DNA of 64,000 nucleotides, taken from Tubiluchus corallicola (taxonomy: Eukaryota; Animalia; Priapulida). A program made the position numbers and the translations under genes. The stretch covers positions 806,001 to 870,000 of the forward strand of contig JAQGDQ010000043.1 of NCBI GenBank assembly GCA_030141605.1, written 5' to 3'. Below, piece after piece: positions 11,501-23,500 of this stretch. Under the pieces are notes generated by a model. It did no database searches. It was not told the DNA's origin and saw only the letters and a list, made by a program, of their open reading frames with translations. Each line of letters begins with the position of its first letter. Within the stretch, counting starts at the first letter, position 1.

Positions 11501-14500
11501 ACGTTTTTTTATCTCAATATTTATACGACAGTTCTGGTCAATTTCAACTGCACTCCTCTGTATCTGCGCCCAAAAGAGCATTTCCTACATGGGACTGGAA
11601 GCAATTTAATCACAATTCAAAAACTAATCTATGGTATAGGTTTAATTACATAAAAGATTATCCATTTGCTTTCAGCTAATTTCAAACTACTACTAAGAGG
11701 CATTTCACCAGGAGGCAAAGATAAGAGAAATATTGCTAGACTTCCACAAACTGTCAGGCAACAATGGATGCTGCGTTGTAATGCTAATTCTATGATCTGC
11801 ATTATATATGAGTATATAACTGTATAATAATCCAATGGCACCCTGGCTAGCCCTCCAAATGAGAACATTTATCCAAGATATCTTTTAGGGGATTTTCACA
11901 TATTCATAGTAACACTCAAACAATTCTGAGCATGACAAAATAATTGATTTTAATGAAAATTTTACCTCTTTAGGTTTCTGCCCAGGTATCTCTGGCAGTT
12001 TCCTCCGCTCTCTAGGACTACCACCTGTTGGACTACCCCGAGGAGGGGAACTGTCCAAGCTACCAGTTCTGACTAGTGACACACGTTTAGGCTTCTCAAA
12101 AGTTCTACCTACATTTAATGGAAGACCAAAGTAAATAAAATAAACATATCACAACAGTTTTACAAGAATCTATTATGAATAGATGTTATGAATATTAAAG
12201 ATGTTATGTACAGAACATTATGAATCTATTATGAATGCATTTACTAAATAATTTATTTAAACTTGTTTAGGCGCGACTTTATTACAGCATGAAATAACTC
12301 ATGTTATTGAACGTCTGTTAACTCTATTAAATCTTTTTTAACCTTTGAAACTTTTTAACTAACTAAATTTTATTTATCACACTAAGCTAATTATTCTTCT
12401 TATTTTAAAGACGTACTTGTATTCAATGCTATATTTTTCCATGCATTCAATAAAATATGTAAAAGTAATTACAGTACACATATTACATGTCAAATCAGTT
12501 TCGATAAAACAATAATTAAATAAAGTTGTTCGATTTTCTTAGCACCTATAAAACAGTGCTCAAGCATGCACTAGTTCTCTAGTGTCGTTGTGATGATTGC
12601 CAAGTGAAAAAAATTCAACAGAACGCAGCTAAAACACAATATTAATAATTTATTATAAATGTTTGCCTTTTAATGGTACGTTTCTGACTCATGGAAGCTT
12701 CAGAACATACTGATTTACAACTGGTGAAGACTTTGCTTCTTTAATAACAATAAAGCACAAAATAAATTACATGAAATTAGCACTCACACTTCAATAATTA
12801 GAGCATTTTTTGAAAAAAATCTGGTACACAAGCATGTCTTTCAGAATGAGGACTGAACACTAGCCTTTTCACATTTTCGCCGTGTGCATGTGCAGGTGCT
12901 GTAGGTCAAAGGTTAAGTGAGCCCCAGCAACACGTCTAAGTCTAACTGCCACATGACCTGTGGGTAAGGCAAAACTGTCTGCCGCATCAGTTCAATAACT
13001 ACTTCAGTTACGATGCCATTTCCTTGTCATTTAACATGGACTTCACTTAATTATGCATTAGTCTGTGCAATGCAGAGTGATTTACTAGCAAGATCTTGCT
13101 CGTGAACAAGAAAAAAATCAACTAGGTAAGGTTCTAGCTGACTGTTGAAACTGTTGCTATAGCATGGGCATTGTCAAGTGTACACAAATGAGTTGTTTGG
13201 TTCACTTAACTTTTGACCTTTTTGCGATCATCATCAATCATTTGTACAGCGAAAAGGCTTATTGCTGACGGTAGTTAAAATGTGATGCTGTAATAACACT
13301 TTCTACTGCACAAGCTGTTACGAAATTCACAATAGGTACATTATCGTGAGGTATCTTTGTTAAAAAACAAAGCACAATGAACTAAAACTGTTCTCCATGC
13401 GAGAGTGTGAACAATAGTTTTGCATCAACAGCGTTTTGTTGGGAGTAATGGCTGAAATGAACAAAATGCTTCACAAACCCTAAATGTGTCAATGATCTTT
13501 AGAAACAAAACACCCTAGAAAAGAAGTTACACAAAACAAATCAGCGGAATTAAAATGACCAATGCCCACCTAGCAAACTCATTACAGGATCGTCCTGTCC
13601 ACAGGCATGAGTGCGAAACCTTTCTGAAATGGGTTGCGTGTCTTCTACACAGTTGGGAAACTGTTGACCAGTCCACAAATTGGCACTGGTGAGGTCATCT
13701 AGTGTAGCCGATAGATCACTGCGAGAAACACGATCACCAATACGACAGTTAGTCATGACTAGATTAGAAACCTGTATTTGTATTGCCTTTGGACGCTCAG
13801 GTTGATTTATCACTTCTTTTTCAGCTGGCACTACTAACTGTAAATAAACATTACGATAAACAATTTGTTAAACTCACAGAGAGAAGTGCAGTTATTGTTT
13901 GAATGTATTATTACATGTACATGTAATACAGATCTATAACATATAATATATTATTGTACGTGTATTATATATCTGTATTACTAGAATGCAGATACAATAA
14001 TAGTATATGTCCAATGAAAACGGAAGAAAGAATTACCCACAAAAATATCAACTGATATTTTGTGGTAACTCTGGCACATAAAATTACTCAAGTTCTAGAG
14101 AAAATAGCAAAAGAAATTAAGAGCAAATAAAAATGAACAAACCCTAGGCATTAAAGCTTCTATCCGAATGTCAGCGTGCTGAGGCGGTCGATCTTTGTGC
14201 TCTAAAATTATTGACCTTCGGAGATTGAGTAAGAATGAGTTTAACCAGATAATAGTCATGTAGTCAACAGTTAACCTAACAGGGTTTACCTGTATGCAGA
14301 GATTAGGGCACGGCACTGAAAATATAATATATTTAAACACACGAACGATAATTTGCTCATTACATAACATTGTAAATGCAATTATAATAAATTGTAGCAA
14401 ATTAAAAATCAACTCATATTATAAGAAAATTTTAGCTACATCTAAAATGTCACAGGCATATTCTACATCTTTAGAGGGTAACACTGCAAAGCAATTATAC

Positions 14501-17500
14501 TTTTATATTAGTGCTTGTTCATTAGCACTCTTTTAACTGCTGCAGGTAGCTATATAACTGAAATAGTATGCTATCAACAATAGAATTTGTTGGCTAAATA
14601 AATGTAAATATAATAACATTGATATTACTACTGTGTGAAATAAATAATCTGTAAACTCTCTTCTTCTCAGGATACTGATTTATTGGACTAAATAAAATAT
14701 AATATTTTTGCTTTTACAAAATCACTGAGCTTACACAAAATATATGTATATGTCAGATTTAACAATGGATATGCATATAAACAATAAAAAAGTAAGCTGG
14801 CAATAGGAAATAGTATGATGGAATACTCCAAGTAGCAAAAAGGGCAAACACCTGTTCAAATGATGCCAATAAAATCTCACCTGGAAAATCTGTTTCCTGA
14901 GGAAAGTAGTAATCAATGCGTTCAGCATGGAATGCAGGTAAATCTGGAGGAAGATACAGACGGTGCTTATCAGACACAAAGAACTTTGGCTTGCGTTTAT
15001 AAGGGTCCTGTGGCTGACCGTGATAGGTCACCATGCCAACAACAAAATCGTCCAGTCGTAAGATCATCACGTTAGACATCAACCGTAACTGAGATCCTGA
15101 CTTTGCTGGTTTTGGCGAAACTCTATCCGACTGTTAAAGACAAAAATAACAACCAATCAAAATCTGACCAAAGTTGTGAGATTACAAGAAAAAAAAATTG
15201 CATATTAAAGTTTAGATCAACATAAATATTTCAAATAGTAAACCTTAAAAACACACATTCGTAGTAACTGACATCATTGATGACATACAGTAAATGACAT
15301 ACATGAACACAAGTCAACATATTTGGAAGTTTTAACCAATAATATAAAAACTTTGTGAAAGCCACACTTTATTTACTGACAACCTGGAAAAAGTTCAAAG
15401 AACACATTGAAATAGCTAGTCTTCAATAAGGCAAACAAACTTAAGTGATTTTAATTGGTGTAATTTATAACAGCGATGAATGTTTGTTTATTACAATCAA
15501 GATAACTGTTTATATCTTAGAAAAAAAATGAATGAGAGCTAGAACTAATTTAAGACTTGCTAACACACATTGTCAGATTACACAATGCTCTCTATTAACA
15601 ATGCTTAAATAAGTAAATAAATTGTTATTCAATACGATGACGCTGTTAAGTTAGTGTACTATTTATTTACTCATTGACAACATAAACAGTTTAAAACGCT
15701 TTATACAACAACTAGATTTGTACAGCACAACAGCAGCGCAAAAATACCTCTAACAGTAACAAAAACTAAATACTATTATTTGCTAACATAAATTCAAATC
15801 AAGCTGAAGATCATACAAATACACAACTTCAGCAAATGCAATGCTAACTACAAAAACACTACAGTTCATCTGTTAGTTTAATAAACGAGTCAATAAGCAG
15901 TAAACAACACATAAACAAAACTAAACAAACAAACAAAGAGTTTATATTTTTTACGATATATATATATCGTAAAACAATACATAATCGATATAAATAACAC
16001 ATATATTTACGATCTTGCAAACATTCAATTTGCAACAGACACGCTAATGAGGATAAACAGTAAATAAATCACAAACATAAATAAAATTATAAGCTGACTA
16101 CGAATTGATGTCGAAGACAGAAAAAATGAATATAGATAAATCTAGAGATTAAGTAATTGACATCATCAATCCTAATAACATAGCAAGTTTGCAAGTGAAG
16201 ACTTAATTGTAGAAGCAGCCGAAAATCTTGCTAACTTTTCACAAAAAAATTGAAAGGCATTGTTTAAATGCAGGTATAAAAAGTCCCTGTATACAAATAT
16301 ACCTGTGTACAGGGCAAATATACTTCTAAGGATTTTCACAGAAATGAAAGAGAATCATGTCAAGAAGTTTTCTGTTCAAATAGTCAAAATTCTTTAAAAA
16401 TTAACACTTATTATGTGCAAGAATACTAATAGTAAAAGTAAAGCAACAATACTATTAGTAAAAGTAAACTGCACAAGTGAAATTAACAACTGCTTTGCTT
16501 TCTTCATGTATTACAATAATCAACCTAAAAATAAATAGTGAAAACAATCTACTAGAGTTACTATCAGTTTTGACAAGGAATATAAATAGGCACTATTTAT
16601 CAGTAGCATTTTTATAAATGATGTGACACAAACAAATGTTGTATATCTTTACTACAAATGTACAAGAACTACAAACTTGGGCAAAAACTTGTAACAGATG
16701 TCATGATTCTCAAAAAGGCTGGCTAACTATGTCAGTAAATATTGTTGATTAGTAAACCACCGTGGAAGAGTTGTTAAGAACTGCTTAAGAACCACATAAT
16801 TAGTTTAATCGACACTGTATAACTTAAATAGTTACATTCAACTTAAACACAAACTTAGAAATAGAAACTAGCCTCCTACACATACAACTGAGCTGGGAGA
16901 AAATGTTATTAATTAGTGGGTGTTATTAATAAGTTTTAATACAAGTAATGGTTAAGTTTGCAGGTTAAGACAAGAAGTCGCACATGCTATGCAATCTGAT
17001 ACAGAAATGACGAAAGCTGGCAGCAAAGTAAAGCGAAACAACGTTCAAAAACACCATGCACTTACGCGACTCTCGATAGGTTTGGCATTAGGACTATTAC
17101 TAGCTACAGATGAGGCCTGAGTGGATGGGTTGGAACTTTGATGAGCCAGCCTGATGGCTTCTTGTGCCTATATGGGGATTCGAAATCAAGAAAACCAAAT
17201 AAAACAAATGAAATGTACTATAACATTGAAGGTTCCACGTAGATAAATGGAAGATGTTCCCAGGAGGCATATTTGCAGCTACTTTTTGCCACTTAAATCA
17301 CTCGCTCATTCTCACTTGTTGCAAAGACTCGTTTACAGGCATCACTCCTAATTTAGCTTTGCACTATAAGCCTTCTCCCATGACGCACATCGAACTATTG
17401 GATGGTCTTCGATAGTAAACTCCCAGGACTGGAAATTACTCTTCATTCATTAAGAACATTAGAACTGCAATTCCCCATGCAAAGAGAGACTCAGTGATAG

Positions 17501-20500
17501 ATGGAAAAATACGTTTTATGTAGCTAATTACAGTATCAATACTTACCATCAGCTAAACAACACAGCCATCATTTAATGTTTAATAAGACACGGTACCAAA
17601 CGAAGGCTGAAAATGTAGCAGCATTCTAAACCGAAAATAGACAACAAATCTTACCTAAAAGCACTAACTGTTCTCTACCATCCTGAATTAGCTAATATTT
17701 TTGAAAACAGTTTACATTCCTCACACAATTAGGCATCTTAACAACATTGACAATTGCCAGGGATAAAGCATTTGGCATTCCACACTACGCACTTTAGCAA
17801 GGATATGGGAGAAAATTGGAAGAATTGTCACGGGAACCTTCAACTTCAACTAATATAAATGTAATACAAGCAGAATGAAGTGATCTAAAACAAGCAGATG
17901 TGTGATTACCTAGTCTATCATGTTCTAAAGGTTGAATAACTAAGCATTATAATAACTAATAACCAAGCTTGGAAAATTGCATCATTTCACTATAATTTCT
18001 TTTTACTTTGATGCTCATATAATATCATACACTAAATGACTGTATAGAAAAGCAGTGACATAGCAATAAATGAAATTATCTATGCACAATTTTTTGCAAT
18101 TTATCATATGTGAATATATCAAACCTGTGTCAAAGCATGGTAATGCCAAATGAAGATATAATGTCATCCCATAAATAAACCAGTTATAAACAGTGAAGAC
18201 TAAACGTGCAGTGGCAGGTATGTATAGAATCAACAATAAATTTAGAATTTGGTGACTCTGAAGGCCAGTTTTTGAAAATAGTAGATATAATGCTATCATG
18301 CCAAAAACATTCTAAAAACAATAGATAAGTAGATAAGTAGAAAAATATAAAGTGTTCAATTGCATTTCTTGTTCATCCACCTACTAATTGTTCACATATC
18401 ATTTATGCTCAAGCGCTGTGTTCAGTGAGGGAGGCAAAACTCTGCACTTCACCATTTTACACGGGTTGTACCAACAAGCTTTGTTGTTTTATAATTCATG
18501 CTTTTCTTATAGCTGGGTCATAAGCTAGAAAGCAAATTAAAGGATAAGATATGGCTAATTTCAAAGTGATGATTTAGATATTTATGTTACCTGTTCACGG
18601 AACTTGTCTAGCAACTGTTTGACCCATTTATGGTGACATGTAGTCCCTTCACTGTACCGTACCCAGTGCTTCCGATCACCACCTATATAACAATGTAGCA
18701 CAAATAATTTATATTTGCAAGTTAAATCAACTTACAGAACAAAGTAAGCAATGAGCAGGTTAACTAAAATCACAACTTCATTCAAGCAAGTAGCAGTTGA
18801 TAAAAAGTGCAAATGAATAGTTTTATGTGGAAATAACACCTTTTAGACTTCTGTCATGACGCATTAGTAAGCAATATTTACTGATGTGTAGTGTTCGTGA
18901 ATTTGTGAACAAAAAATCACTTGGATTAAACCATACTGGAAATACCATGGTACTGAACAAAGATAAACCATATTGCAATAACACACCTAACACAACAAAC
19001 ACAACCCTGGCTGTACAACAAAAAATTATTCAAATACTAAGGTTTTACAATTTCCAATGTGAAAATAAACTTGAAACAATCACAAAAACAATAAAGACAA
19101 CATTTCGCATCACTTTTTTCTTTTGTCGGTTGCAAATGATTAAGCCAGTGAATGCAGAATCAGCAAACAAATGAGGGTACGGGGAGAGGGAAGATCAAAT
19201 GAGTGTGGGGGGAGAGGGGAGATCAAATGAATGTGTGGGGGAGGGAAAAGGGGAGATCAAATGAATGCGTGGGGGGAAGAGGGGAGATCGTAATAAATGT
19301 TGTTTTGTCAGGAATGTAGGAATGTCAGACTACCTATGTATACATTTTTAAATTTACATTACTAACCACAATTATCAACTGAAGAGAAGTTCATGGCACA
19401 TTAGATCCAAATTTTAACAATAAACATTTTTGTTGGTTAAATTATAGTCAAACATCAAAGACAACTCATAAACAGCAACATCGCATTAAAGGCAAATACA
19501 CAAGTGCTGTCATACAAATTACAGTCAGTTTATCAAAATTACAAAATGATCAAAAACTGTAGATAAAATGAAACCGAAACCTTTACAAAATGATTCATGA
19601 AATAAAATTATGGAAAAATGTTAATTAATACTTTCTTTAGATTTTGCAGGGAACTGTATAACAATTAATTATTATAATCTTAATGTCAAAATTATTATTA
19701 ATTACATTTCAAATCCACAATTACTTAAATTTTAATAGTAAACTTGAAAGACAGAAAATGTGAAAAAGTTGGAATATGGCCTGGAGTTGAACCAGGGACA
19801 TTCTGCTTATACAAGGGAGACACCTTAGATCATTAGGCGACCACATTACTCAGCGATCAAGGCAAACCAAAGTTCAGGCTAGCTATATGAGATGAAATAT
19901 GGAGTTACCGATCTCTGGGGAAGCCAGTGACATCGTGGTCTAAGAGGTGTGCCTCGCAAGCAGAGGTCCCTAGTTCAAATCCAGGCTACATACCAACATT
20001 TCACATTTGCTGTCTTTCAAATTTGTTAACAAAACTTAATTAATTGTAGGTTTGTGAGTATTCGGATACCTGTGACGTGCGTTGCAAACAACCACATATT
20101 GCAAAAAAATAGTATTTACTTACTTGCTACATGGAACGGGTAGAAATCGTAGATGAGTTTGTACAAAGTCACTTGCATAGCACCACCCTCAACTGCATGA
20201 CTATGTAACTTCACTTCTATAATGGCATTAAAGCATAAAAATTCACTTTCAAAATGCAATGTCAGCATTTAAGGGCTTGCTAGAACCAGTAGTTTTAATG
20301 TATTAACATGTTTTTACAAAGTTTTACAACACAACAAAGAAAATGTCAATGTTTAACTAAGTCCAGAAATTTGTTGAAAAAAGAAAACATTTGAGGATTA
20401 AGTGACAAAAGGTGGCAAAACTATGTTGTCATTTAAATCAACTATTGCTAAATATGTATCCTTAACTGAGGACTCATTGTGTTACTTTAAAACATTACTG

Positions 20501-23500
20501 TATAAACTGACACTGCTCCTAATTTACAAATTTTTATTAATTAGGGTTACCAGAAAAGCCATTATTGGAGATATCCTTTAATTATTGCAAAAATTAGCTA
20601 ACTTAATATAAACATAAATTATACGCTACAACATAATAACTTTAAAAAGTAGAGTAATACACCTGTATGTTACTGATTAATGATCAGCAACTTGCATTAA
20701 TAATAAATTAATAAGCGAGTTCACTACTACTGCATGTTGTTATTATTACATAAGAGAACATCCAGAACCCCAGGTTTTAAAAATAGAAAAGCACGCTAGA
20801 TGTTAAGTGGGCCAATAGGCAATAAATTGCCAAATGAATACACTAAACATGGCAGCACCTACAAAATCCACTGAACATTTCTGCTGAATCTTGGGATCCG
20901 GAACCAGATCCAGTACATCCTTAGTTACAAATACTTCATGTGACAGTTTCTGGCAGATTATCACACAGTTATCACACAGTCAAATGAAAAATACCTGGAT
21001 TTGGACTAGAATCCTCACACAGATGGAGATCTATTCGCCCACAGTACACGTGATATGATGTTTCTACCACATCAAACTTTGTAAAGAACTTCTGTACGTC
21101 AGTCTCGACTTTAACGTCTCTGTCAGTAGTGTTTTGCACCTGAACCTGAAAAACGTTAAATTTACAAGCTTAACAACATAAAGTTTGCATTTTGTTCATT
21201 TAAAAACTTTGATTAATTGCAGTTGCTCACAACACGGAAAATGTAATTAAATGGGAAGCTTTCATTCGAACTTTTATAATTCACATTCCACAACAAACTG
21301 AATAATATTAATGATGTAGAAAAAACAAAAGGTACATTTATTCTGACAACTTCAGCCAAAAAAACTTACCATTTGTAAAAGTTTTGTATTTAGCCAACAT
21401 GGCACGGCAATGTATTGTTCATGCAGTACATGAAACGTACAACTGATACAAATATAAATATGATATAGATAATGGTCGTAATGACATACGATATTAAAAT
21501 ATAAAAGAAATATTAAATTATAAAAGAAATTTAAGGACAACCTTTGTTGCTTACTTGTTTCCCCTCTGCTCCTGTACCCCGTTGTTTAGATTAGTTATTA
21601 TTCATTTATCATATCTTATTTTAGCACAATGTATAACTCGTGCTAAGTAGAAAAACTTGCAGGGAAGTAGTACTAATAGTTTTGTAACAAGTCACTTGTT
21701 AGTTCAGCCAGTTCCTTTAAAGATACTTAGTAACCTAATCTTGTCTGTTATTGATATAATGTAGTCCTTAAGTCTTTCTGTTTAGAATGCAAAATATTCT
21801 GAGCAGCAAAAAAACATTTCCACCTGCAAGTGCTTGCTTGCACGTGCTTTGCTTGCTTCATTTGCTTTTGCTATTACAGACTTCAGTGAGTTAACAAAAT
21901 GAAGAGCTGCCTTCAACTGTGTATCAGTGAGCACCCATAGCAAGTCATCTAGGATAAGTTGAAGTCGTGACGTGACAACACTACAATCTGGAAATGAAAT
22001 ACACAAAAGTTAAACATCAGCGCTCTGCTCCATATCCCAACTTGGTTCATTTTCAATTCCTTCTTTGTTAGTTTTTATTGCTTAATAGGTCCAAGGTTTA
22101 TTGATTATTCATTTCAGCAGTTAGCATTAGTTATAATTTTGAAAATTGCTAAATTACTGACAAATGATGAATTACAGTCTTGACATTTTGCAAATTTATG
22201 TCTTATGGCACATTCAGACGTAGAGACTTCTCTTGCAGCTTATTGCAAATTCTTATTGCAAAGATGCTGAGAATTGCGAGAGAAGTCTCTACGTCTGAAC
22301 GTGTCATTACTGATGGCAGGAATGGTGAACAGACAATTGAAAAGTTTGATTCCGGAAAACAGGTAAGTTCATTTTAAACTTACATTGAGAATACAATGGA
22401 TTCTCATTTCACTTTACATTGAAAATGTTACTTTATTTTATTTTATTTTATTTTATTTTAAGTTCATTTTAGTGTCTCAAACAGCAATGATTAAGTTTTA
22501 TAAGGTTTCAGTGACCAAATAAAACAGCATATTGCTCTTGACAAAGAAGGAATACTTAGAAACTGAACAATTTAATTAACTAACCATTCTACCACTGACA
22601 AAATGAGAGCATAGATTCACTTCTCCTTGATTCATACAACATGCCAAGACCCGGCTAAGTCTGAATGAAGGCTTTTTGCATTTATATCACAAAAGTTGAA
22701 AACAAAATAATAAATTTTCTTATCGTTTTTAAGGGACATTTAGTTTTCGTTTGAGAACTAGACAATAAACTAAATGACAGTAAAGGAACAGAAAACAACA
22801 CAACCAATTACAAAAACTAAAAGTAAAACCAGTTAAATCCTGGACTTAGAACATTTTCTGCAGGCAAGACTTGTCAGAAATGTAAGATTTGTTAGTGTGA
22901 ATCAGTTACTACAGTACAGACAGCTGTTAGGCATGCAGAAGACTTGGGTTCGAATCCCAATACAAGCATAATGCTTTGCTGTTCAGGCTTTCCAATTTAC
23001 TTTGCTCTCGAGCAATTATAACTTAAAATTTAAATGTACATGAATTTTGAAAAAAAAACATATAACACCTGACAGTCGTTTTTTTAGTGTGACTCTGCAT
23101 CTAGCCTGATTGGTTATAAGTCTGAGCGGCGTAGTCATGTCTGTGTTTTCTACAGCATTGGCTTCAATACGTAGCGTCTGCCACTCCACCTCTTTAAACG
23201 TAAGCACTTCTCCCCTAGATACATCTCGGATCCGTGTCATCCTCAAATCAACAACTTGCCAAGTGGGACTCATACTCCGCACTTGTACCCGCGATAACTA
23301 CAATAAAAGAATTATGTGAAAACAATTAACAATTCATACAAATAAAAACGTACTATACACACGACAAAGATCATAGCAGATTACTAATGCAATAAATATA
23401 TCTCTGATTACATTTGCAAATATTGGTTATTATATATTTAAAATGATAGTAGAGATGGTTTCATGCTAACAGTAATATTTTAAGATAGCAAAGTAAAATA

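Noticed and set aside
19922-19995. Functional tRNA gene
   Set aside because: A B-box is present, but I could not fold a clean acceptor or anticodon stem, and it continues into a repeat-family tail.
21352-21540. Extra BLTP3 exon ending ATG|gtaagt at ~21370
   Set aside because: No in-phase acceptor, no homology, and exons 7 and 8 already join in frame.
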